Positions 27,605 to 36,391 of a DNA stretch of 64,000 nt are shown here, in pieces. Where the stretch lies: assembly GCA_965219385.1 (NCBI GenBank), contig CBDCNM010000002.1, forward strand, positions 2,660,936 through 2,724,935. The letters run 5' to 3'. How positions within the stretch are numbered: the first letter of the stretch is position 1; the number at the start of each line of letters is the position of its first letter. The notes beneath the pieces were generated by a model, which saw only the letters and a program-made list of their open reading frames with translations, ran no database searches and was not told the origin of the DNA. Both the position numbers and the translations under genes were made by a program. Source of the DNA: Candidatus Latescibacterota bacterium. GTDB taxonomy: Bacteria > Latescibacterota > UBA2968 > UBA8231.

Positions 27605-27842
27605 GAAAGCACCTTCTGATATTGCAGAAGCAATTGAACAGGCAGAAGTGATTCTCGATTTTCTGCCGCCACCCGACCAACTTGTTCTAAGGGAGGAGAC
27701 CGTGCGGGTGACGCTTAACCTCAACAAAAGGAGTGTTGATTTCTTCAAGATAAGAGCTCGAGAGAATGGCGTTCCCTATCAGAGTATGATCCGGAAAGTT
27801 CTGGATATTTATGCAGAGCGATTTCTGCGCGAGATGCCATAA
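27582..27842 (+). CDS. BrnA/CopG-like RHH antitoxin
   Basis: DFLPPPDQL...VTLNLNKRSVDFFK...GVPYQSMIRKVLD. Confidence 0.8.
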   Translation: MSSQRKYEKAPSDIAEAIEQAEVILDFLPPPDQLVLREETVRVTLNLNKRSVDFFKIRARENGVPYQSMIRKVLDIYAERFLREMP

Positions 27843-27899
27843 ATTGATTGGTGGTTGCTTGAAAGTGGCCGCTGAACGCAACGTGCTGCAGGCCGAGGG

Positions 27900-27960
27900 G
27901 TGCGCACGACGACGCAATCGGGAACACCCGCGCCAGGAGCTCGGCCCACGCCACCCGCGC
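27900..27960 (-). pseudogene. Possible short IS91-family transposase C-terminal remnant
   Basis: RVAWAELLARVFPI resembles the WAxLLxRVF motif of IS91-type transposases. Confidence 0.3.
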
Positions 27961-28047
27961 CGGCAGCTTCTCGATCCGCTCCAAGCAGCCTTGCATCACG
28001 AACGGAGCCTTTGCTATATTTCCAACAGCAGGCCTTTCACTGACTAA

Positions 28048-28173
28048 GAGTCCATACGGAAATTCGCTCCGCGGCCCAAGAGTGAGCGAGAAGGGGCGTG
28101 GGTCACCACCCCGCCTGCTGCTGCGCCCCTTCGCAGCCGCTCGGAGCCCAGATGGGGGTTTTCGTATGGACTC
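28048..28173. mobile_element. 126-bp MITE (IS5/IS1031-like ends) with a TAA target duplication
   Basis: TAA|GAGTCCATACGGAAA ... TTTTCGTATGGACTC|TAA (15-bp TIR, one mismatch); internal hairpin GAAGGGGCG/CGCCCCTTC. Confidence 0.75.
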
Positions 28174-28183
28174 TAAATCCAGA

Positions 28184-28259
28184 ATGGGTACCATCGATGC
28201 GGAGCCGGTGCGATGAGCGGCGCCCCGGGGACCCTCACCGAGCCCGACGTCCGGGTGCC
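28184..28259 (+). repeat. 76-bp imperfect direct repeat, copy 1 (copy 2 at 29148-29223)
   Basis: 70/76 identical by eye; all six differences are transitions. Confidence 0.9.
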
Positions 28260-28292
28260 ACTCAGGGCACTCGAAGAAACGGGACAAGAGTG

Positions 28293-29180
28293 ATGACACG
28301 ACTCCAGCTCCTCTGCACCGGCACCCCCGCCCCGCTGACGCACCGCGGCGGCTCCAGCTATCTCATCCAGACGGGTGACGAGACCCTGGTCTTCGACTGC
28401 GGCCCGGCGTCGGTGCGGCGCATGTTCGAAGCCGGCCTGGCTCTGACCTCGATTGACCACCTGTTCCTCACCCACCTGCACTACGACCATTGCGTCGACT
28501 TCGCCTACCTGGTGCTGACGCGCTGGGACCAGGGCGTCGGCCAGGTCCCGGAGCTGCGGGTGTACGGCCCGGCACCGACGGCGCACATGTCGCACCAGTT
28601 GTTCTCCGCCGACGGCGCCTTTGGCCCGGACCTAGCGGCCCGTACCCTGCACCCGGGCAGCCACTTCGTGTACCAGGCGCGCGGCGGCGCGATGCCACGG
28701 AAGAGGCCCAACCCGCAGGTGCGCGAGGTCGGGCACGGAGACCGGATCGAGACCGACGGCTGGCAGGTCGACGTGGCCGAGGTGGTGCACGTGCAGCCCC
28801 AGCTCACCTGTCTGGCCTACCGTCTGACCACACCCGACGGCATCATCGTGTTCGGCGGCGACACGGCGCCGGTGGACCGGCTCACGGAGCTGGCGAGGGG
28901 CGCGGAGGTGCTGCTGCACATGTGCCACTTCATCAACGGCGCGGTCGACGACGAACGCCTGACGAACTGCTGCTCCGGCCACCTCGATGCAGCGGCGACG
29001 GCGCGGGACGCCGGCGTCGAGACGCTGGTCCTCGTTCATCTGACGGAGCAACTGGAGACGCCCGGCGTGCGGGAGCGGGTGCTGCACGAGGTGGGAGCGG
29101 TGTTCGACGGTCAGGTGATCCTCGGCGAGGACCTGCTCGAGGTGCCGATGGGTACCATCAATACGGAGCCGGTGCGATGA
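28293..29180 (+). CDS. MBL-fold metallo-hydrolase (RNase Z/arylsulfatase-like)
   Basis: LCTGTP, FDCG, THLHYDH, GDT, LVH. Confidence 0.88.
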   Translation: MTRLQLLCTGTPAPLTHRGGSSYLIQTGDETLVFDCGPASVRRMFEAGLALTSIDHLFLTHLHYDHCVDFAYLVLTRWDQGVGQVPELRVYGPAPTAHMSHQLFSADGAFGPDLAARTLHPGSHFVYQARGGAMPRKRPNPQVREVGHGDRIETDGWQVDVAEVVHVQPQLTCLAYRLTTPDGIIVFGGDTAPVDRLTELARGAEVLLHMCHFINGAVDDERLTNCCSGHLDAAATARDAGVETLVLVHLTEQLETPGVRERVLHEVGAVFDGQVILGEDLLEVPMGTINTEPVR

Positions 29181-29223
29181 GCGGTGCCCTGGGGATCCTC
29201 ACTGAGCCCGACGTCCGGGTGCC
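29148..29223 (+). repeat. 76-bp imperfect direct repeat, copy 2 (MBL 3' end plus CocE 5' end)
   Basis: Matches 28184-28259. Confidence 0.9.
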
Positions 29224-29630
29224 GATGCGCGACGGCGTGCGGATGGAGGCGCACGTTTTCGGCCCGACGCGGACGGCCGCTTCCCCGGGATCCTGCTGCG
29301 CACGCCGTACGGCCGCCCGAAGTCCGGGTTCGAGCGTTACGTGCGCGCCGGGTACGCCGTGGTCACGATGGACTCGCGCAGCCGCTACGGCTCCGAGAGC
29401 GACTGGGTGCCGTTCACCGTGGAGTGGCTGGCGGCGCAGCCCTGGTGCGACGGCAGGGTCGGCACCCTCGGAGCCTCGTACAACGCCTGGATGCAGTGGC
29501 AGCTGGGATAGACAACGGCGTCGACCACGAGCCGGCGGTGCGCTACTTCGCGATGGCGGGGCGGGAGGGACGCTGGCGCTCGGCCGACACCTGGCCGCCG
29601 GCGGAGGCGACGCCCTGGGAGTACCTGTTG
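29177..29630 (+). pseudogene. CocE/NonD family hydrolase remnant with frameshifts and large internal deletions
   Basis: VRVPMRDGV; ILLRTPY; GYAVVTMDSR; VEWLAAQPWCDGRVGTLGASY; PAVRYF..GRWRSADTWPP compressed into about 450 nt. Confidence 0.8.
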
Positions 29631-29758
29631 ATAGGTTTTTGCAGGACCACACCCTGGCAGGTAGATCCGCCTCCCTCGAAAACCGGCCTTCAACCCCCAA
29701 ACCGGCACCTGCCGGTCGGATTCGACACAGGGCGCCTTGTTCATGTGCGGTTCGTCCC

Positions 29759-29809
29759 TTGACACTCATCAATGATTTGCTATTATTGCATTGTATGATA
29801 AAATATCAT
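29759..29809 (+). promoter_or_regulatory. Promoter and operator of the AbrB/PIN TA module
   Basis: TTGACA-16 nt-TATTAT with TGn extension; ATGATA-AAA-TATCAT palindrome (29795-29809). Confidence 0.55.
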
Positions 29810-29820
29810 TGGAGGAGCGT

Positions 29821-30087
29821 ATGAAGCAGATCACCACAACGATTACCCAGCGGGGTCAGGTAACCATCCCCGCCGAGGTGCGGCGAATGTTGGGCGTTAA
29901 GCCCAGGGATAAAGTCGCCTTCACCATCGAAGACGGTGAAGTGCGCCTAGCGCCGGTTTCCTTCAGCCTGGAGTCGGTCTACGGATCCGTGAAGCCATCT
30001 AGGAAGCCCGAGGACTACGAAAAAGTTTCCCGGACCGCCAAGGAAGCCAAGGCTGAGAAGACCTCGCGGGCGTTGAACAAGGCATAG
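29821..30087 (+). CDS. AbrB/MazE/SpoVT antitoxin
   Basis: TTITQRGQVTIPAEVRRMLG; GGAGGAG RBS. Confidence 0.88.
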   Translation: MKQITTTITQRGQVTIPAEVRRMLGVKPRDKVAFTIEDGEVRLAPVSFSLESVYGSVKPSRKPEDYEKVSRTAKEAKAEKTSRALNKA

Positions 30088-30089
30088 GC

Positions 30090-30503
30090 ATGAGATTCTT
30101 GGATACAAACGTCATCCTCCGGTACTTGACCAGGGATGACGAGGCCAAGGCCGAGGCCTGCTACCGGCTCTTCCAGCGGGCAAAGCGAGGAGAGGAGGAG
30201 CTGCTTACTTGTGAAGCCATCGTCACGGAGGTGGTCTACGTGCTCTCTTCCTCTCGTGCTCCCTATCGGCTGAGCCACGAGGAGATCAGAGCCCGGCTTC
30301 TGCCGATACTGACCCTCCGAGGTCTCAAGCTGCCACAGAAGCGCGTCTACCTACGTGCCCTGGATCTCTACGCCTCCTCTCCTTTTCTCGACTTCGAGGA
30401 CGCGCTGACCGTGGCGCACATGGAGCAACGGGGCATAGCGGGGATCGTGAGCTACGACAAGGACTTCGACCGGGTCACGGGACTCCAAAGGATCGAGCCG
30501 TGA
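30090..30503 (+). CDS. vapC: VapC/PIN toxin
   Basis: FLDTNVILRYL...EVVYVL...DFEDAL...SYDKDFD. Confidence 0.88.
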   Translation: MRFLDTNVILRYLTRDDEAKAEACYRLFQRAKRGEEELLTCEAIVTEVVYVLSSSRAPYRLSHEEIRARLLPILTLRGLKLPQKRVYLRALDLYASSPFLDFEDALTVAHMEQRGIAGIVSYDKDFDRVTGLQRIEP

Positions 30504-30558
30504 TCGGTGCGTTCTTCAAAGGATTGGAGCGATTTAAAGCTTTGATTCCTACTTCCCG

Positions 30559-30729
30559 ATGGCCGTCCGCCCCGAACTGGTCGAACAGGACCGCCTCGGC
30601 GACGACGCCCCCTGGTACTGCCGCCAGGACGCAGCAAAGAATAGCTGGACGGCCAACGCCCGGCACGGCCGGGCCATGGTCGACGCCGTCGTCGACGCCT
30701 GGGTCGCCAAAATCGATCAGGAGCGCTAG
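30559..30729 (+). pseudogene. C-terminal fragment of a creatininase-like protein
   Basis: MAVRPELVEQDRL...ARHGRAMVDAVVDAWV*; compare MAVHPDLV in the 3012-3746 gene. Confidence 0.45.
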
Positions 30730-31153
30730 ACCGTGGCGTTTTCCCGGATGACCTGATCGAAAGCGCCATCGTCCAAAAGGGGGGTATGGGTCGCTCCCGA
30801 ACACCGCACACCAGAAGTGCTGAGCCATGGCGCGCCATAATTTGCTTGACACACTACCAATGCCTTATCCATACTATTATCTGTCAGACTTGCAGGTCGG
30901 CCTGACGGAAACGATCGCGGTGCGGCGCTGATCCCGAGGTTGCCATGAGTGGATCGATATTTTGCACCGAATTGACCAGACGGCAACCAAAGCTGCGGAT
31001 TGCGACGTTCGCGGAACGGCACATGAAATCGAATTTTCCGAGACAATTCTTGTCACTGGCGGTGCGATTCCCGCGGCCGCGTTACACCTTCGGTGATAGT
31101 CACGGGAGGTTGAGGGCGTTGGACGTGACGCCAATTTACTCTAGGAGGAAGAA

Positions 31154-31495
31154 ATGGCAAACAGAATTATCGTTGCCCTGATCGCTCTTGTGGCCATTGT
31201 GCAGGGCTTGGCAGCCGACTTAGTCCCGTGGGGCATTCTGCCGCTCGCGCTGGTGGTTCTGGGCCTGGTGTACGCTGCGATAGCGATCAATGCCGAGGAC
31301 GCGACAGCCTACCTGGTTGTCACCCTTGCGGTCGGCGCTGCCTCAAGTGCGGACGTGCTGACCAATATCCATGCGATTGGCGGTCACCTGGACGCCATCG
31401 TCGATCAAGCCAGCACCGCTCTGTATGCCGGCGCCATAACCGTACTCGTCGAGAGGACGTTCAACCGTCTAAAGGGTAAAACGACAGGCGGATGA
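31154..31495 (+). CDS. Small integral membrane hypothetical protein
   Basis: AGGAGG RBS; 3-4 hydrophobic segments. Confidence 0.75.
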   Translation: MANRIIVALIALVAIVQGLAADLVPWGILPLALVVLGLVYAAIAINAEDATAYLVVTLAVGAASSADVLTNIHAIGGHLDAIVDQASTALYAGAITVLVERTFNRLKGKTTGG

Positions 31496-31541
31496 GCGGC
31501 TGCAACCGCAGATCCGCCTGGATACCCGACAGGAACCCCAC

Positions 31542-31577
31542 GGCGCGTTGCACCTGCGCCAGCAGGTGCGACGCGCC
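31542..31577. terminator. Strong 16-bp stem-loop downstream of the membrane protein gene (no U tract)
   Basis: GGCGCGTTGCACCTGC-GCCA-GCAGGTGCGACGCGCC. Confidence 0.45.
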
Positions 31578-31992
31578 ACGCATCAGGCACGACCGACGCT
31601 CAAAAACACCGCGCCGACAGGGTAAAGAAGGGCCGCCGAGCGGCAGAGCTTTATCCGCTTTTTGTTCCTTTCAACGTTACCCTCTCGTTCGTCTGTGTCC
31701 TGTTTGTGCAGAGCAGCCTCTCCCAGGACTATACCCGATGGCGCACGGCTCGCGGTAGCCAGTAGCATCGGCATTTGGCTCCCGCCGGGCGCGCGCTATC
31801 CGTCTGTTCCCATCATGCCAACGTCAGGTTTCACCGGCCCGGCGCTTGCGCCGGGTCCGCGTGCAAGCTCGGCAGCATAACATCTCTCCTTCTTATTGAA
31901 GAGGCTGTATGGACAGCTTCGTGGTCTGCGGTGATCGAGAGCCCGAATTCCGAAGGCACCCTATATTAATGAGATCAGTATGCTGCCTACTG

Positions 31993-32020
31993 TTGACAAG
32001 GACAGGGCAATGCTTATATT
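31993..32020 (+). promoter_or_regulatory. Sigma70-like promoter for R-M island 2, probably giving a leaderless mRNA
   Basis: TTGACA-16 nt-TATATT; ATG begins 7 nt after the -10; no SD sequence. Confidence 0.55.
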
Positions 32021-32026
32021 AGCAGT

Positions 32027-32641
32027 ATGGATTCTACTGCTCAAACAAATTGCGAATGGGTGCAGTTGTCGGAGCTCGTCCACGTCCAACCCGGCTACCT
32101 GAGCCGCGACCGTGTTCGCCACGCTCGCGATGGGACCCACCATCTGCTCCAGGGCAAAGATGTCTCCGAGGCCGACGGTATGCGCCTGGAAACAGCTATC
32201 CAGTTTCACCCCGAGCGCAGCCCTGAGCTCTACCAGGTCTCACGCGGAGACGTCCTCGTCACCGCCAGAGGTCAGGACCACCGGGCCTACTATGTCGACC
32301 AGGACCTTTCAGACGTTCTCGCAGCGGCCACCTTCTACATCCTGCGCCCGGACATCAGCCGCATTCTGCCGGGCTACCTCGCGTGGTGGCTGAACCTGCC
32401 GCGAGTTCAGGCCGCAATCGATAAGGCGTCGGGTGGCACGTACATCAGTTACATCAGGCGACAGGCGCTCGAGAACCTGCTCGTTTCGCTCCCTGGCCTC
32501 GAGGTGCAGCACCGAATCGAGCGCGTCGTCTTCCTCTGGCGCGAGCGAAACGCCCTGCAAGCGCGAATCGACCAGAAGCGCGGGCAGTACATCCAGACGG
32601 TGTGCCAACGCGCCGTCCAGCGAACGACGGAGAAGGGGTAG
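32027..32641 (+). CDS. Half-size (single-TRD) HsdS-like protein
   Basis: GDVLVTARG...ILPGYLAWWLN...SLPGLEVQHRI; lies directly upstream of hsdM. Confidence 0.75.
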   Translation: MDSTAQTNCEWVQLSELVHVQPGYLSRDRVRHARDGTHHLLQGKDVSEADGMRLETAIQFHPERSPELYQVSRGDVLVTARGQDHRAYYVDQDLSDVLAAATFYILRPDISRILPGYLAWWLNLPRVQAAIDKASGGTYISYIRRQALENLLVSLPGLEVQHRIERVVFLWRERNALQARIDQKRGQYIQTVCQRAVQRTTEKG

Positions 32642-32646
32642 GACTC

Positions 32647-34209
32647 ATGGCGACGGGCATCTCCCAGCAGGAGATCAACGAAATACTCTGGCAGGCGTGC
32701 GACACCTTTCGCGGGACGCTCGATCCCACCCAGTACAAGGACTACATCCTGGTGATGTTGTTCATCAAGTACCTGTCCGACCTCTATAAGGACAAGCAGG
32801 AGCAGTACCGCGAGCGCTACCAGGGAGACGAGCGGCGCGTCGAGCGCGCCCTCGGCCGGGAGCGCTTCATCATGCCGGTGGTCCAGCTGAAGGACCAGGA
32901 CGGCAATGTCGAGGAATCCTTCCCGGCCAGCTTCGCCAGCCTCTACGAGCGGCGCGCCCGCTCCAACATCGGCGAGCTGATCAATATCACCCTGGAAAAG
33001 ATCGAGGACGCCAACAAGACCAAACTGGAAAACGTCTTCCGCAACATCGACTTCAACTCCGAGCCCAATCTCGGTCAGACCAGGGATCGCAACCGCCGGC
33101 TCAGCCACCTCCTCGAGGATTTCGCCAAGCCCCAGCTCGACCTTCGCCCGAGTGGCATCGGCGACGAGGACATCATCGGCAACGCCTACGAGTACCTGAT
33201 CAGCCGCTTTGCCGCGGACGCGGGCAAGAAGGGAGGGGAATTCTACACCCCCGGCGAGGTCGCCATGCTCCTGGCCAAGCTGCTAAACGCCCAGCCCGGC
33301 GACACCATCTGCGACCCCGCCTGCGGATCGGGCTCGCTGCTGATCCACGTCGCCAAGAACGTAGGTTCGGCCAACTTCGCGCTCTACGGCCAGGAATCGA
33401 ACGGCAGCACCTGGGCGCTGTGCCGGATGAACATGTTCCTGCACGAGATGGACAACGCCCGTATCGAGTGGTGCAACACCATCACCAGCACCCGCCTAGT
33501 CGAGGGCGACCGGCTCATGAAGTTCAACGTCGTCGTCGCCAATCCTCCCTTCAGCCTCGACAAGTGGGGGCAGGACCACGCCGAGAACGACCCCTACAAC
33601 CGCTTCTGGCGCGGCATCCCCCCCAGGAGCAAGGGGGATTACGCCTTTATCAGCCACATGATCGAGACCGCCCTCGAGGACGAGGGCCGGGTCGGCGTCA
33701 TCGTCCCCCACGGGGTGCTGTTCCGCGGCGCCGCCGAGGGCAAAATCCGGCAGCGGCTGGTCGAGGACAACATGCTCGAAGCGGTCATCGGGCTACCCGC
33801 CAATCTCTTCTTCGGCACCGGAATCCCCTCCGCCATCGCAATCTTCAACAAGGCGAGAACGCCGTGGAGCGAAGCATCCACCGAGCGCGACAAGCACGTC
33901 CTCTTCATCGACGCCAGCCGGGAGTTCCAGGACGACAAGAATCAGAACCGGCTCCGCCCGCAGGACATCGATAAGATCACAGAGGCGTTCGGCGCCTTCC
34001 AGGCGATGGATAAGTACGCCTATGCGGCCACGTTCGAGGAGATCGCGGCGAACGAATTCAACCTCAACATCCCCCGCTACGTGGATACCTTCGAGCCGGA
34101 GCCGGAAGTGGATATCCAGGCCGTCCGGCAGGAGATCGCGGACCTTGAGACCGAGCTTGCCGAAGTTGAAGCCGAGTTGGAGGGGTATCTGAAGGAGTTG
34201 GATTTGTGA
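32647..34209 (+). CDS. hsdM: Type I R-M methyltransferase
   Basis: LWQACDTFRG, GEFYTP, DPACGSGSLL, ANPPFS, NLNIPRY. Confidence 0.95.
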   Translation: MATGISQQEINEILWQACDTFRGTLDPTQYKDYILVMLFIKYLSDLYKDKQEQYRERYQGDERRVERALGRERFIMPVVQLKDQDGNVEESFPASFASLYERRARSNIGELINITLEKIEDANKTKLENVFRNIDFNSEPNLGQTRDRNRRLSHLLEDFAKPQLDLRPSGIGDEDIIGNAYEYLISRFAADAGKKGGEFYTPGEVAMLLAKLLNAQPGDTICDPACGSGSLLIHVAKNVGSANFALYGQESNGSTWALCRMNMFLHEMDNARIEWCNTITSTRLVEGDRLMKFNVVVANPPFSLDKWGQDHAENDPYNRFWRGIPPRSKGDYAFISHMIETALEDEGRVGVIVPHGVLFRGAAEGKIRQRLVEDNMLEAVIGLPANLFFGTGIPSAIAIFNKARTPWSEASTERDKHVLFIDASREFQDDKNQNRLRPQDIDKITEAFGAFQAMDKYAYAATFEEIAANEFNLNIPRYVDTFEPEPEVDIQAVRQEIADLETELAEVEAELEGYLKELDL

Positions 34210-34293
34210 GGGTGGCCTCTGTCGATCATCTGCTCACGCTCACCGCAAGCGGCGTCGCGTGACAAGTATCATTAATGGGGCTAAGATAGACCC

Positions 34294-34494
34294 ATGAAGG
34301 TCCGAGAAATCATCCGGATAATCGAGGAGGATGGATGGTACTTTGTCAGGACGCGAGGTAGTCATCGGCAGTACAAGCATCCGCGGAAGAAAGGTCTGGT
34401 GACAGTACCTGGAAAGCCCAACGATGAAATAGCCGCTGGCACCCAGAACAGTATCCTAAAGCAGTCGCAGCTTTCCAAAGGAGGAAGAACATGA
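34294..34494 (+). CDS. hicA: HicA toxin
   Basis: DGWYFVRTRGSHRQYKHP..KGLVTVP. Confidence 0.9.
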   Translation: MKVREIIRIIEEDGWYFVRTRGSHRQYKHPRKKGLVTVPGKPNDEIAAGTQNSILKQSQLSKGGRT

Positions 34495-34706
34495 ACAGGT
34501 ATCTTATTGTCATCGAAGTGACGGGAACCGGATTCTCGGCATATTCTCCCGATCTTCCCGGATGTGTATCCACCGGCGCCACGCGGGAAGAAGTGGAAGC
34601 GAATATGAAGGAGGCAATCGAATTTCACCTCGATGGAATGAAAGAAGAGAGTTACCCGATTCCGGAACCAACTGCGAAATCAGCCTATCTTGAGGTAGCA
34701 CCATAA
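34491..34706 (+). CDS. hicB: HicB antitoxin (short form)
   Basis: FSAYSPDLPGCVSTGATREE...EAIEFHL. Confidence 0.9.
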   Translation: MNRYLIVIEVTGTGFSAYSPDLPGCVSTGATREEVEANMKEAIEFHLDGMKEESYPIPEPTAKSAYLEVAP

Positions 34707-34716
34707 GTTTAAATGC

Positions 34717-36324
34717 GTGAGACTCATGAGGCGTAACTGTCCTATTACCGGAGACCTAGCAGAGATCACCGAGACCGCGGATCGGATTATCATCGAGCAC
34801 CCGAAGCTCGGACGGTACATGCTCGACACCAATGCACTCTCTACGCTCGAGATCAACGCCGAGGCAAGAACGCGAATGGTCTGCTGGATCGCCGAATCCC
34901 GCTCATTAGGTCTCGACGTTCCGAACCTCACCACTGAGCACGTCCACCTCTTTGAACGCCTGGCGGATTTGGAGGCGGCAATTTCGGAATGGAACGAGCG
35001 GCGAGAAAGCATGAAGAGCGCTGACGACGAACGACTCTGGAAAAAACTCAGGCTGGAATGGAACTACAACAGCAACCACATAGAGGGCAATACGCTGACC
35101 TACCACGAGACCGAATTGCTGCTCATCCACGGCCGCACGGCCGGCGGGCACCCGATGCGGGACTACGAGGAGATGAAGGCGCACGATGTTGCGATCGACT
35201 ATACGCGATCCCTCGCAGGCGAGGAACAGATTATTGGGGAGAGCGATATAAGACAGCTAAACAAAATTCTCCTCAAGGAGCCCTTCTTGAAATACGCGGA
35301 GACGCCGGATGGCCAACCGACGCGGAAGCGCATTGTTCCGGGCCAATACAAAACACAGCCGAATCACGTGCGGACGGCGACCGGAGAACTCCATCGATTC
35401 GCCGAACCCGAGGAAACGCCCATTTTGATGCAGGAATGGACCCGTGATTTCCGTCGCGACTTGGAGCGGAGTGCCTACCCTCTGCCGTTATTCCTGGCCG
35501 AATCGCACTGGAGTTTTCTCCGCATCCATCCATTCGACGACGGGAACGGGCGCACCGCACGGCTGCTCACCAACTACACCCTGCTTCGGAAAGAGCTGCC
35601 TCCTATCGTAATCAAGAGCAAAGACCGCGACCACTACATCAGCGCGCTCCAGAACGCCGATCTGGGCCGCATGTTGTCCCTCGCCCAGTTCATGCTGGAA
35701 AACGTCTCATGGTCGCTTGAGCTGGCGATTCGGGCTGCGAAAGGCGAATCGATCCTCGAACCCGACGATACGACCAAAGAGATGGAACTCTTCGTGCGAA
35801 ACAAAAGGGGACCGGAGCCGAACAGATCGGATCTTGAAATATTGGATAACGTCTTTCTCATGCATGTTCGCCCGACGCTCGATAAACTGGAGGGTGCGCT
35901 TGACCACTTGTCCCAGCTATTTCGTGACTACCACCGCATATCATACATCGGGCAAAATCAGATAATCGGTGGTGGCCTATTCTCTGTGTCCGACTGGGAA
36001 CGGACGAAGCAAGAATATATCGTGAAGCGGGGGTTCGAGCTCAGCGATGAGCGGCAAATCGAGCTGAGGGAGAAGTATAGATTCAACCATTACACAAGAA
36101 GTGGGAACAGCAGTTTCGGCTTGATCCTGTCCGTCGGGTGGAGACTCGGGGGCGAAGGATTTTTGTTAGAGGCAGCGATCGATGGAAAGCCCCTCACAGC
36201 CATAGGCCACCAAATTGCTTATTCTGAGCTCAATAGCCGAGACGTGGCAATGGACCACACAGCGGACGGGATTTGTCGATGCATGATGGAGGAAATCGAC
36301 AGTCGATCACAGAGGCCGAAATAG
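34717..36324 (+). CDS. Fic family protein with N- and C-terminal extensions
   Basis: YNSNHIEGNTLT and an intact HPFDDGNGRTAR motif. Confidence 0.88.
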   Translation: MRLMRRNCPITGDLAEITETADRIIIEHPKLGRYMLDTNALSTLEINAEARTRMVCWIAESRSLGLDVPNLTTEHVHLFERLADLEAAISEWNERRESMKSADDERLWKKLRLEWNYNSNHIEGNTLTYHETELLLIHGRTAGGHPMRDYEEMKAHDVAIDYTRSLAGEEQIIGESDIRQLNKILLKEPFLKYAETPDGQPTRKRIVPGQYKTQPNHVRTATGELHRFAEPEETPILMQEWTRDFRRDLERSAYPLPLFLAESHWSFLRIHPFDDGNGRTARLLTNYTLLRKELPPIVIKSKDRDHYISALQNADLGRMLSLAQFMLENVSWSLELAIRAAKGESILEPDDTTKEMELFVRNKRGPEPNRSDLEILDNVFLMHVRPTLDKLEGALDHLSQLFRDYHRISYIGQNQIIGGGLFSVSDWERTKQEYIVKRGFELSDERQIELREKYRFNHYTRSGNSSFGLILSVGWRLGGEGFLLEAAIDGKPLTAIGHQIAYSELNSRDVAMDHTADGICRCMMEEIDSRSQRPK

Positions 36325-36391
36325 GAGTGATGACAATATGGATGCGGTCCCCACCTTCCGAGCCAGAACTCGATTATAGGATTAATTCACT

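Noticed and set aside
28184..29223. Diversity-generating retroelement TR/VR pair
   Set aside because: The mismatches are both G/A and C/T rather than adenine-specific on one strand, and no reverse transcriptase is present in the window.
31055..31110. Cobalamin riboswitch (GGTGCGATTCCC resemblance)
   Set aside because: The upstream GGGAA, the CCCGCAACTGT and the B12-box elements are missing.
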